Of a stretch of 64,000 nucleotides of DNA, positions 35,801 through 47,279 are shown one piece after another; position 1 is the stretch's first letter; each line of letters opens with the position of its first letter. The DNA is taken from contig NW_015171530.1 in NCBI RefSeq assembly GCF_001447785.1, forward strand, positions 124,001-188,000. The letters run 5' to 3'. Below the pieces are notes generated by a model. That model was not told the origin of the DNA. It made no database searches and was given only the letters and a program-made list of their open reading frames with translations. Made by a program: the position numbers and the translations under genes. The stretch comes from Gekko japonicus (lineage: Eukaryota).

Positions 35801-38800
35801 GTGTCTTTTGTGTCAACAGCAATGCCTGTGTTCCTTTTTCCAACCTGTTCATTTGTGAGGAGGTCAGAAAGGAATTGCCACCCAGAGCCCCACCTTCTAA
35901 ACGCCCCGCCCCCTTTGCTCCTCTTCCAGGGCTGAAGGTGCCTCCCACGTGTGAGCTGGTGGTGGGCGGTGAGCCCCAGTGCTGGTCTGAAGGATACTGC
36001 CTCCTCGTAGATGACTCCTTCTTGCACACAACGGCACACAACGGTAAGACACCACAGGCAGCAGGCTTCGAAAGCCCCAACGATGTTAGCAAAGTTGCCC
36101 TTCGGCAGTCTCAGTTCCCCAGTCTGTAAAATGGGGAACGCCTATGACCACCTCAATTGTGGCAATCGTCAGGATCCAACTCAGGCCCGTAGCCAGGATT
36201 TTGTGGTGGGGCAAAGGGGGCGCGCGCCCCTCTCCCTCCCCTCCTGCAAGATTTAAAGGGCCCTTCAGCTGATCAGCGGGGAGCATGTGGCCCATGGATC
36301 AGCTGGTAAAGGGTAAAGGTAAAGGTCTCCCTTGCTCGAAAGCCAGTCGAGTCCGACTCTAGGGTTGCGGTGCTCGTCTCCGTTTCAAAGCCGAAGAGCC
36401 AGCGCTGTCCGAAGACATTTCCGTGGTCATGTGGCCGGCATGACTAAACACCAAGGCGCACGGAACGCTGTTACCTTCCCACCGACGTGGTCCCTATTTA
36501 TCTACTTGCAATTTCTTGCTTTCGAACTGCTAGGTTGGCAGGAGCTGGAACTAGAGACGGGAGCTCAATCCGTCATGTAGCACCCGGGTCTTGAACTGCT
36601 GAACTACTGACCTTCCACAGCCTGCAGTTCAGCGTCTTACCCACTTGAGCCACCGCAGCTCCTCTGATCAGCTGGAGGGCCCTTTAAACCTTGCAGGAGC
36701 GAGGGAGAGGGGTGCGTGCCACCCACCCCACCCCGCTTCTTCTCAAAAGAATGCTTTAAATGCTTTTGGGGAGAAGCGGGGGGGGGCCTCTAAGGAAAGG
36801 GGCGTGGCCTCTAATAGCCCCACCATAGCTACAGGCGAGATCCGACTCCCTCGAGTCGTCTGGGACTGCTGCATCCTCCAGCATCCTTTCAAGTGGGGCC
36901 TTTGGAGACGCATCAGTTGATGGAGAGCGGGGGGGGGCATGTTTAGCCCCACCTGTAACCCTCTCTTTCCTGCCAAGCTCCTTCCACCTGACCTAGGGGT
37001 TGCCGGGGGGGCCCGCTGGCCATTGGCAGGGGATAGGGCTGCCAGCTCCCGGTTGGGAAACTCCTGGGGATTGCAAGGGGGGGGGAGGGCTGGGGAGAAC
37101 AGGGACCTCAGTGGGGGTCCAATCAGTGCCACAGAGTCCACCCTCCAAAGCATCCCCTTTCTCCAGGAGAGCGAACCGCTGCAGTCTGGAGAAGAGCTGG
37201 CGACCCCGAGGCCCCACCGGGAGGCTGGCATCCCTGCCCCGGCCACATGGGAGAGGGCTCACCTGGGGCCTGCCTTGGAAAGGAGCAGCTAGGGACACGG
37301 CCGCTGCAGGCTCTCACCCCATGCCACTGAGATGGAGTGGGACTTCATGGGGCACAGGGGGACAGGCGGGGCGGGGCTTCTGGCCTATAGCAAAAAAACA
37401 AGAGGCAAACTGGTACACTGGGAGGATTGATTTTAATTCACTCTTGAGACCCCCCCCCCTGCTTTGGATTTGCTTCATCAGGGGGAATCTGTAAAATATA
37501 GAATCAGAGTCGGAAGGAACCTCCAGGGCAGCCCCATAGCTAGGGAATTTTTGGGAGGGGGCCTTGGGGGGCCCACCAGCTAATTAAATGAAAGCACAGT
37601 GCAGGTGGTAGGTTGGAGCACCTTGGGGGCAGTCCAGGAGGGAGGGGGCACAGAAGAAACACTAGGAGGCTGGGCCCCGAGGGCCCCATGTTAGCTACGG
37701 GCCAGCTCCAGGGTCATCTAGTCCAACCCTCTGTACAAGGCAGGAAATTCACAAATACCTCCCTCTCCACACACACCCAGTGACCCGTTCCGTTCCCAGA
37801 TGACAAAAAACCTCCAGGATCCCTGGCCGAAACTGGCCTGGAGAAAAATTGCTTCCTGGCCCCAGAGTGGCAAACCGCATTTCCCTGGGCATGTAAGAAA
37901 GGGCCACAAGAATTAAGCACCAATGCAACCCTTCCTGCCCTCCCTCTCATGATGCAGTGCAGACGCTCCCCACACCAACCGTGTTTGGTTGATACTTTAC
38001 AGATTCCCCTCTGATGACGGGTATACAAAATGCACTGAGGTTCTCCCACTGCACCAATTGTCTCTGGTTGTTTGCTCTGTGCTTGGTGTGCCCCCCCCTC
38101 GCTTCCAGTGTGGGCATCCTCCCCCTACGTCCCACGCTTCGCCTACACCCCAAGCCAGGAGCGCCAGAGTGGAGGAAGCTGCTGTCCTCAGCCACAGAGT
38201 TGCCAGCAGGTGTGGCTTGGCATCTCCCTCCTGGGCAGTGGGCATGGCCGGCTCTGTGAGTAGCCCGGCCACACACCTCCGTCACTGCCAGGGGTCATTT
38301 TGTAGAAAAAGAGGTGCAGCTCATTAGCATAACTTATTTGCATATGCCACACCCCCTGCCATCACCAGAAGTTTGTCAGAAGGCAACACCCACCGCTCAG
38401 ACTCCACTGGACTGTTTTGGATTGCTAGCTATTGGGGGGAGGGGGAAACGTGCAGATCTGTCCTCGCAGGGGAGGGAGAGCTTGTACCTGAAGGTGGGCC
38501 AGGGCGGGCTCTGGAACTTACCTGGCTGCTTCTTGCTCCTCGTGGCCCAACTGAGGGCTGCTGGGAGCAGGGGGCGTGGCTTGTTGCATGTGCCCGCCCC
38601 CTGGGCTCTTTACTGCCGGAGCTCCGCTCCTGTGCGCTCCTGCAGGAAATGACCCCTGGTCACTGCTCACCTGGGCCTTGCTCCACACTTCCTGGTTAGG
38701 GTTCAGGTCCCGGGGAAGCAGGGGCCACCCTGGCTATTGGAGGAGCCTGCACTGCCTGTTGGAAAGGTCCCCGTGGAGCCCATACGTTGACGGGTGGGCC

Positions 38801-39209
38801 TCCTGACCTTGGACAGCAGTAGTTCGTCAGTGATGGGGATGAGAGGGATACTCATCCCTTGTCCTGCCGTTTCCCTTTAACCTTCAAGACTAGAATGGAC
38901 CATGGGCTCAGCTATTTTACACAGGTGCACGGTTGCTTGGTCAGTTGCTATTCATTGCAGGTGACCCGGCAAGCATCAGTGCCAGACTGGACATACCACC
39001 TAGATTTTGTAGGGTTACCTCAAGACGAAGGTTATGAAGGATGCCGCACCATTTGTGCTGCGGCTACAAGACGATAACTCTTAACAATCCTTATTGCAGG
39101 CTCCGCTTCCGATGGGCCGCGGGTGATTTTCATCGCTGACCTCTGGCACCCCAACGTGGCAGGCCCCGAGCGGCAGGCTCTAGACTATATCTTTGCTCCG
39201 GGCCGATAG
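32841..39209 (+). CDS. ASPHD1: Aspartate beta-hydroxylase domain-containing protein 1, about 326 aa, 3 coding exons
   Basis: Exons 32841-33597, 35930-36043, 39100-39209 (TAG); 981 nt in total, in phase, GT-AG. N-terminal hydrophobic anchor ([19 protein letters not shown]), then [56 protein letters not shown]. An in-frame TAA at 32826 lies upstream of the ATG. Confidence 0.92.
34096..34265 (+). mobile_element. 5S rRNA-derived SINE
   Basis: GATCACGGAAGCTGAGCAGGGTCAGCCCTGGTTAGCCCTTGGATGAGAGACC matches the 5S internal control region, followed by a non-5S body. Other copies (-): about 12265-13128 (interrupted), 57035-57245, 61320-61510. Confidence 0.7.
34428..34707 (+). mobile_element. CORE-type tRNA SINE, full length
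   Basis: Pol III A/B boxes, body near-identical to 51361-51633, (CTT)n tail. Confidence 0.8.
36182..36839. mobile_element. hAT-type MITE with internal palindrome, interrupted by a Sauria SINE
   Basis: Ends CAGGCCCGTAGC...GCTACAGGCGAG; TSD ATCCAACT/ATCCGACT (7 of 8). Confidence 0.65.
36307..36662 (-). mobile_element. Sauria SINE, full length, nested in a hAT-type MITE
   Basis: Same family; TSD GATCAGCTGG at 36297-36306 and 36666-36675. Confidence 0.87.
37529..37705. mobile_element. Short hAT-type MITE inserted in a CR1 3' end
   Basis: Imperfect TIRs and 8-bp TSD CTCCAGGG; removing it restores GGAACCTCCAGGGTCATCTAGTCCAACCC. Confidence 0.75.
38289..38658. mobile_element. hAT-type MITE, family A
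   Basis: TIRs plus 8-bp TSD GTCACTGC. Confidence 0.85.
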
Positions 39210-39803
39210 GTGCCAAGAAAACGTCCTCAGCGCTGCCCTCATCTTCTGGTGTTTGCTGCTCCTTGCAATCATCAAAGCCCCTGCTGTTACTGCCTCGGTA
39301 TGAATATTACTATTTTCACCATTGTGCGTACTGAGCTGGGGTGGGGAACTCTACCCCCTTTGGAGGTTCTAGATCTATGTAAGACCAGCTCGGGGAAGTA
39401 CTACGAAACGGACCACTGATGTGCTCTTCTGTCTCGAGAGGATGCGGTGACTTGTCCTGTAGCTCTTTTGGACCTGGTGTCTCTGGGTTGCTTTTCACTT
39501 TTGGTGCACCCAACCTGGGTGGGTCCCTCTGGCCAGCTCTCTTCTCCTCTGGGTCTAACCTTTCAGGGGCTGCCTCAGGTGTGGATGCTGCCAAAGTCCA
39601 TCGAAGCCCCATGAGCCTGTGGTTTTAGTGTCATGGACCTCTCTGTGTTGGGGGGGGGAATGGTGAGGGAGAAGCAAGACCAGTTAAACACTCTGCTTCA
39701 ACCTGTCTGTGATCCTCGGTTAATTTCCTACCCTCTGTCTGTATTGCAAAGTTTGTGCGGTGGGACTTAGTCCCCCAGATTCCTGCTAACCAACCTGTAC
39801 TCC

Positions 39804-39809
39804 AATAAA
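39804..39809 (+). terminator. Probable polyadenylation signal of ASPHD1
   Basis: First AATAAA about 600 nt after the stop codon, followed by GT/T-rich sequence near 39846-39857. Confidence 0.6.
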
Positions 39810-39899
39810 GAAATCATTAGATTCCCCCCACCTCTCTGTCCCACATGTGTTTTGTTGCAAGTATTCAGACGCCTTTTGATCATCGTTAATCTGACGTGT

Positions 39900-39905
39900 T
39901 TTATT
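39900..39905 (-). terminator. Probable polyadenylation signal of PAGR1
   Basis: TTTATT on + (AATAAA on -) about 1 kb after the PAGR1 stop codon. Confidence 0.55.
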
Positions 39906-40910
39906 AGAGCAGAACCACAGCCCCCCACAAAAGAAATCACCGCTTGTCCAGTAAATCTCAAAATGGCCAAAGTTTTGTGATCCGGGAGGTCCAAGACATC
40001 ACAGCTCTAGAAAGTTAACGACCGAGAAAATTCCTGCCCCAGAAAAGGCTTCCAAAGGGAATGAAGAGGTCACTAAACATCAAGGAGAGACGCGCCCCTG
40101 GAGGTGCATGGATGCCCTCCAAGTGTCATGGTCAAGATGGCTTTGCATAGGGACAGGAGGGGGCATCAAGGGACTGCGTCCCCCCCCCCGCCACCAGTGT
40201 TTCTGTACAAAGGCAGACGAGTCCTTCTGCCAGCCTTTTGCACCCATTAGGTTGCACTGCCACCCTTTTTGCTGGTGGCACCAACAAGGCTTAGCAGCTT
40301 ATGAGTCTCCCAAGTAATTCCTTTGCCTTCTGCCAATTCTTGCTAAATTTTAGTGCCATAAAAAAGCACCTTGTTAAAAATTTCTCAGCTTCCTGAATTC
40401 AACTGTCAGTGCTTGATGTACTCCGCTTCCTTCTCACTCTTCCTCGCACTCTTTCTGTGCCAACCAGAAATACAGAGAGTGGTTTCCCAGCATCTGCAGT
40501 TCTCAACATATTTAACAGGCTCTCCTTTCCGACCTGGGATGGGGAGGAGGGGGAGAGAGGCGGGCAAGGGCTGCATGCAGAGTGCCCATCCACCCCGCTG
40601 GCGCCACTTTCTTGGCTGATGCCCACCCCCGCCTCCTGATTCACCCACCAATTTCTGGGGGGGGGGAAACAAACCAACCCCAAATCTAGACATTAGTAAG
40701 TCAGTAAACAAACTCATGGAGTTTGATCATTCCTGAATAACTCCAAGGAAATACCTCCTGCAGCCAGTGCAGGATCTGAGCTGAAGTCCAAGACGCCGCC
40801 TGAAGTAGCGTGGCAGTGTGTCGATCTGCTTTAGCATTCAAAAACTCAGCAGCCTTTTGCTCCATTCAGCCAACCCCCAAGGGTCAAAAAGCCCATCTTC
40901 TTCATGGCTG

Positions 40911-42865
40911 TCAGTATTTGCGCTGGCGCAAGAAAAGGCCCGGGGGCCGTTTCGGAGTGGGCACATCATCCGAGTCCAGGTCAAAGAGGTCCCTGCCGGT
41001 CTTCAAAATCTGCTCCTCTAAGACTTTGTGGCGCTTCATGTCGGACAGCACCTTATCCAGGCGGGCCTCCCGCTTCTGGCTCTTCGCTGAAGACCCTGCA
41101 AAATGGAATTTTTAAAAAATAGGACTTGAGAACTTCAGGCAACAGGAGCAAGGGGAGGGCCAAGATTTTCAAAGGGAGAGGCAGACCTCGACCCCAAAGG
41201 ATCGCTAGGAAACCACTCCGCTCAGTCCTGCCTTCCATCCCTGACTGTGTGATGGAGGTGAATGAGCATCTCCCTGCACATTCCGGTTGACTAGATCAGG
41301 GTCAGCGGGACATATTCTTACGGTCTTCTGCATAAGCCTGGCAAGTTTCCCCTTTGGTGACCTGAAAGCATGCCAAATAGACTCTCTTCCTCCCTTTTCC
41401 ACTCTACGACATCTAACAGCCACAAACTCTGCCGGCCAAGCTTTCCTCGGGATGGCTTGAACAGCCAATTCCGGCATGGAGGAGCAAGGCTTAATCTAGG
41501 ATTCCAGGGGTGAAGGGGTGGGGGAAGGACAGGACCTAAGGACGGGACCGTGGAACAGGAACAAGGAGGCTGGCACAGGGTGAATCAGGGTAAGGATGGA
41601 AGTGGGGCCCCCTGGGATACAGGAAGGCGTGGCAAACACCAAGGCTTGCAATTATATGCACAATTAGACCCGACATAGGCGCAGATGCTGGGCGGATTTA
41701 AAGGGAGTGGTCAGACAACAACATCTGGGAAGCGCCCCGCAGCCGTCAGCAACCCGTTCTGCTCCGCCACAGAAGCGTAGTTAAAAGACACCAGGGAAAA
41801 TCTGGTAGTAAACGGGTTGTGATGGGCCACGGACAGACTTTCCCATGTCTGATCGCTCCAGCGTGCTCTCATGGCATCGGGATGGTCTGATCAGGCCATC
41901 CTGACTCTGTGCCATTGTTTTTTTCCCCTTTCGCAGTATGCACATTATCACAAACTCCGTAGGGAGCCCTCGGCGAGAAGGTGCGATTCATAGATCCCTC
42001 GGTTAAGTGCATGGGGGAAAAACAGCACACACACACAAAATAACGACTCACCCGCAGTTGCGTCTGATCACGCACTGACGGACTGTGCCCGCAGCTTCAA
42101 AGGGAGGCGTGAGCATGCAACTGCAGGTCAAATTCCTCCAGAGGAAATAGCCTCACTCCCCCCCCCATTTTTTTCTGGCACGTGTGACCGCAACCCAAGT
42201 TTTCTGAAAAGGGCAGGAGTCCAAAGAAGGTTAGTGCAGGGAAGGATGGCTTTCCTTGGTCACATACCAGGGGTTCTCCGGCGATCGATCAGGGAGCTTT
42301 TGGGTGAGATGGGCTCATCGTCAAAGTCAAACTCTGTCAGCACGTGAGGCCTGGAGGAAACAGAGAAAACCAGAATCAACACAGCCCTCCCTGGAAGCGG
42401 CTCCTTGACCCCCTCCCCCAATCCTTCCTCCTGTCCCTTCATTCAAACTTCAGGCCCCTGCTGCGCTCACTTCTCTTCCTCCTCCTCTTCCGGATTGTCA
42501 GGCTGCCCCTCAGATTTATCCTCGTCTTCGCTGTCAGGCTCCGGGGTGGGGTTGCGTCGGGGCAGGATCTCCGTCTGGATCTCCAGAGTCCCCTGGGAAG
42601 CAATGAGTTCGTAGAGGCGCCGGATCTCCACGGGAGGAGGCATCCAGGTGTCCGGAGAGTCCAGCTCCTCGTCGCTGCAAGGCACGCACCAATCCTCCTC
42701 GGCGGATTCGCCTCCCTCTCCCGCCTGCTCCCCCTCTGCTTCTCCTGGCACCTCCTCCCGCTCCTCCACGGAGGCAGCCAGCTCAGAGGCGGGCCCGTCT
42801 TCCACTGCCAAGGACTGCATCCCCGAGGTCACTTCTCCTTCCTCCACAGTGCTGGCCTCCTCCAT
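40911..42865 (-). CDS. PAGR1: PAXIP1-associated glutamate-rich protein 1 (PA1), about 220 aa, 3 coding exons
   Basis: Exons 42865-42471, 42350-42268, 41095-40911 (TGA); 663 nt in phase. Motifs [58 protein letters not shown] and terminal RQRKY match PAGR1 as I recall it. The ATG is preceded by a 3' splice acceptor (42868-42870), which implies an upstream exon. Confidence 0.93.
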
Positions 42866-43586
42866 TGCTGCGAGAGAGGGAGACCACAAAACTGAAGGCG
42901 AGACTTTTCAGACCCAAATGCAGCGGGGCCAAGGCTGGCCTGGGTCCACACAGCAGCCATTCTGGAGCGGGCCCTCCACAAAACAGCAGGAGGCGTAAGA
43001 CAGCGGGGGAGGGGGGGGAAGGGCGGGGATTTGAACTGGTGAGCTCGGTCTCAGATCTCCTCTGAGCTACGGAAGAGCTACATTTGAGTCCAGTAGCGCC
43101 TTAGAGCCAGTCTGGTGTAGTGGTTAAGTGCGCGGTCTCTAATCTGGGAGAACCGGGTTGGATTCCCCACGCTTGGCAGGCAGGACACGACAGCTACAAG
43201 ACCGAGTTGCTATCAGAAAAAGCTTGGCCATGATCTGAGCTTGCAAGGTGACCTTTAAGCAAGTCATAGCCTAGAAGCTTCAGCCTGCAATATGGGGATA
43301 ATAACATTTCCTCTGCCTTATGAGGTTGTCGCGAGGATTATAACCCAAAAAAACCAACACAAATGGTACATATTATTGTCTTAAAAGGCTGCTTTGTGGC
43401 TTAACTAAAGAAGGGGGGGGGTTCCCAGCTCTTGCCCAGTTTGCCAAGAAACAGTCATCTTACCAGGAAAGTCGGAGCAAGGCTGAAGAGCCTGGGACTT
43501 TTCAATTTAGAAAAGACATGACTGGGGGGGGGGGGGCATGACAGAAGTTTATAAAATTATGCACGGGGAGGGAGTTGACAAAGATA

Positions 43587-44112
43587 GGCTGCGGTCACAT
43601 GGAACATTAGCCATGCAAGAGAGATGGAAGACAGGTGGATTTTCCAGGCGCGATCTCACCGGCACATCTAGGAAGCGTAGCGCTTCCGTGGCACAACCAA
43701 GGCTTCCTGCCGAAAACACACAGCAAAAAACTAGTACCTCGGAGGTACTAGCACTAGTCGCGCGGAGGTACTAGTTTCCGGAAACCGCGGGGCAACGGCG
43801 GGCATCTGATCACGTTTCTGGTGGCATCCGGCGCCCGCCCATGTCCCCTTGCAAAAAAGGTGTTTTTCCCCCCAAGTCTCCGTGGATGCGCACACACTCC
43901 CAACGGAGCATGCGCATTTTTGGTGTACACACAAAAAAAACCCAGTTTGCCGCACCGCTTCTTTCTTGTGCGTAGGATTGTCCTGTGATCGGCACCTCTC
44001 CCTACCCACGGGACCTCCACGGGAGGTCTGATCGCTTAACCACGTGTTAGTTTGCCCCGGGGCAAACAGCCACGCTTCCCCCCCGCATTTTCCTGCCCGT
44101 GTGACCGGAGCC
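43587..44112. mobile_element. PIF/Harbinger-like MITE
   Basis: TIR GGCT(G/C)CGGTCACA(T/C)GG and internal palindrome TAGTACCTCGGAGGTACTA. Relatives at 49593-49957 and about 41703-42196. The superfamily assignment is inferred. Confidence 0.6.
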
Positions 44113-44268
44113 ACAATTTTTTCCCCTCTCCTAAACTACTGGAACTTGAGGGCCTCCAATGAAGCTGATGGGCAGTGGATCCAGGATGGACAAAAGGAAA
44201 TAGTTCTTTATATAGAGGGTGACTAAAATGTGGAGTTCACTGCCAGAGGATGTAGTGATGGCCATAGG

Positions 44269-44475
44269 CAATGCTCCCTCTAAGCTGTGAAGTCTTGTGA
44301 GCAAAACTTCTACTCTGTGAGCTACTGGCATTAAAGTTGTGAGTGAGCGATTTGGCTACTGCATAAAATGAGTTTGGTCTGGAGCCGTCCTTCCTGAGCG
44401 AAGACAAAAATGTGTGAGCTGAAGGCTAGAAAACTGTGAATTAGCTCACACTAACTCAGCTCAGAGGGAATACTG
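44269..44475. mobile_element. hAT-type MITE, family B
   Basis: 8-bp TSD GCCATAGG; inserted in a CR1 fragment. Confidence 0.85.
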
Positions 44476-44704
44476 GCCATAGGAATTAACAGCTTTAAAA
44501 GGGGATTTGATTCATGGAGGATGAGTCTATCAATGGCTACTAGCCATGGGGACTGAGGGGAACTTCCAAATTCAGAGGCACTATTCATCTGAATCCCAGA
44601 ACCAGGAAGCAACATGAGCGGAAGGCCTTGGCCTCTATACCCTGTTGTTGGCCCTCTAGAGGAACTGGTTAGCCACTGTGAGACAGGATGCTGGACTAGA
44701 TCGG

Positions 44705-44847
44705 CCTGCGCTCAAAGGGCTTCCCACCACCACCCCGAAAGGTGCCCAGGTGAACACAAGCAGCGGCAACTCTATCGCAGTTGCTCCCCCTTCACCCACA
44801 ACTAGCCAGCACAAGCCAAAAACAGCACAATCGAGTGTCTGTTCCTC
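44705..44847. repeat. Diverged direct copy of 47527-47671
   Basis: About 143-bp collinear match, same orientation. Confidence 0.9.
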
Positions 44848-46104
44848 TTCACTGGCTATAATATTCTTAAAGCTCACTTTTCCTCTGGTCCTTGTTACTT
44901 GATATGCACTTATCCAAGGAGTTTTTCTCAATTTAAAAATATCCAGCAAGAATTCACACACAATTAATTTAATGGCATTTCACTACAGCAAGAATTCCAT
45001 CAGCCTTTATTCCGCCAAAGTTTAGAATTTGAACTTGATCTTTTAAACTTCGGGCCTCTCCCCAGGGTCTGATGGATGAGAATAATGGAGATCCTACTAC
45101 ATGGCCACTGGCATACAACCAACTTGCTACACATTACTTAGCTTATTTATACAGCCTGCTTTCCTCGAAAAGGCTGAAGAGGGATTAGAGAAGAAAAATG
45201 TACTCACAAGACATCCAATGAACAAGGCGAAGACAATGTGAGCAATAAGGAAGAGAGTGCACTGCCTACGGCAAAGGTATTGTGTGGGTTTAATGCACTC
45301 ATAGATTATTGTGGCCCAGCAGACAAAAAATGATGCAGGCAGGAAAATACCTTTTATTAGGAGCCCTCAAAATTACAGGGAGAGGAAATCTCTGCACGGA
45401 GAAGCAGTCTTTGTGGGTGTGGCTTCCTACGGGGTATTCGCAACCCAAGCCTAGAATTATGGAGAATAGAAAGTCGTTACTTTCCAGAGAAACATCTGAA
45501 AGATGACACACAGTGGTGAATCCATGGTAACGGTCAGAGCAGATTTGATGCTGGGAGTTTTGTGAAGGAGCACCTAAAAACTTTTTTGCTGTTTTAAAAA
45601 GCACATGCACCTGATTTTTAAAATCACACACACAAAACAACTTAGGAATTTATTCACAGTTCTCAGCATCACATCTCATTTGGCTGTTAATTTGTGCTCA
45701 TTAAATGAAGTCTGATTCTATTGCTTTGCTGAGTTTTATCAACATACAGTTCTAAGAGTCTAGTAGTATGTTAAAGACTAACAAAATATGTATCCACGTA
45801 AGCTTTTGGGAGTCAGCTAATTTCTTCAAATGTCAAATTAGTTGTATTTCCTTTTGTTTCTCCTGAACCTTCCCCCCCACCCCGAAGACTTCCTTGAGTG
45901 CTCCCAAGTTCTAGTATTATGGGAGAAAAAGCTCTCTCTAGCCACTTTCTCCAGCCCATGCACAGTTTCATAAATCTCTATCATATGTCTCCTCTTAGCT
46001 GTCTTTCTTCTCGACTGGTAAATCCTGGAGTCTCCAGCTCATTTCTCAGAAATATAAGAGGAAAGGCAACGGAAACCGCCATAGTTATACTTAACTACCT
46101 AATG

Positions 46105-46537
46105 CAGGGGTGGCCAAACTGCGGCTCGGGAGCCACATGTGGCTCTTTCACACACATTGTATGGCTCCCAGCTGGGGAAGTGAAGGGGAGGCATACCACC
46201 CCCTCCCTCCCATCTATTTGCTTTCTTTGTTTCTCTGTCTCTCTCTCTCTTTCTTTCCACCTCTTTCATGCTTTCTTTCCACCTCTCTCTTTTTCTCTTT
46301 CTCTTAGACAAATAAATATCATTAGCAAACAAATAAATATCATTAGCAAACAAATAAATATCATAAATATGTTTTTACCCCTTTTATTTTTTGCAGTCTC
46401 ATTTAATGTTAATAAAAACAAATTTGCATATTTTAAAATAAAAACATGCATATAATATTTGCTCATGTTCTGCGGCTCTAAAACATCTGACATTTATTCT
46501 ATGTGGCTCTTATGCTGAGCAAGTTTGGCCACCCCTG
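46105..46537. mobile_element. hAT (Charlie-like) non-autonomous element
   Basis: TIR CAGGGGTGGCCAAACT; 8-bp TSD ACCTAATG; internal 21-bp tandem repeat at about 46308-46364. Confidence 0.82.
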
Positions 46538-47279
46538 ACCTAATGGATGCACCATGCACCTGAAGAAATGAGCTCTGACTCACAAAAGTGTACACTCAAG
46601 TAAAACAATCTTAGGTTTTAAGGATTCCTATTTACTTTTGCTGCTACAGGCCAACCTGACTACTCAGCTGGAATTTTTATGTACACAAGCCACTTTTCAG
46701 CTATATTACAACAGGAATATGAACTGCATTAGCAACAAAAATACATACCACCTTGTTTCAAATGGCACAAGCAGATTTTCAAATTATATATAGATATCCC
46801 TTAAACTACACGAATTTCTTCCTTTCTTATACCGAGGAATAGGGGAAAACCTTCAGTCAACTGTAAACAGGAACAGTTAACATCCCAATCTGAAATTTTA
46901 GTTCTACATTTAAAACTTTTTTAAACAACCAGCCTTAAGAATTGCACAACTATGGGTGTTTTCACACACACACTAAATAACACACTTTCAATGCACTTTG
47001 CAACTGGATTTTACCGTGTGGAATGGCAAAATCCACTTGCAAACGGTCGCTGACGTGGACTGAAAGGCATTCTTTAACATGTGTGAAAGTGCCCATTATC
47101 TGAAAAATCACTTCTCTGGACGCGCGATCCAGCCACCGTTAAGCACATCTCAGAACCTTACGGAAAGACTTAATGCAAGAGCTTCACGGCTGCTCCTCTT
47201 CGCACACTTACTTGGGAACAAGCTCCCACTTAACTAGGTGGGATTTACTTCTGAGTAGGGTCGATCTGTCATTGTAGGG

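Larger units (their letters stand above)
43478..44701 (+). mobile_element. CR1 LINE 3' fragment interrupted by two MITEs
   Basis: RLKSLGLFNLEK...MTEVYKIMHG before 43587, then a WSSLPEDVV-like segment and CR1 3' UTR to 44701. Confidence 0.7.

Noticed and set aside
44705-44847. Duplicated intronic snoRNA or ribozyme
   Set aside because: No C/D or H/ACA boxes and no hammerhead core in either orientation; the differences are dominated by CpG decay.
46308-46364. CRISPR-like or functional repeat array
   Set aside because: A simple 21-bp tandem duplication without spacers, inside a MITE, in a eukaryotic genome.
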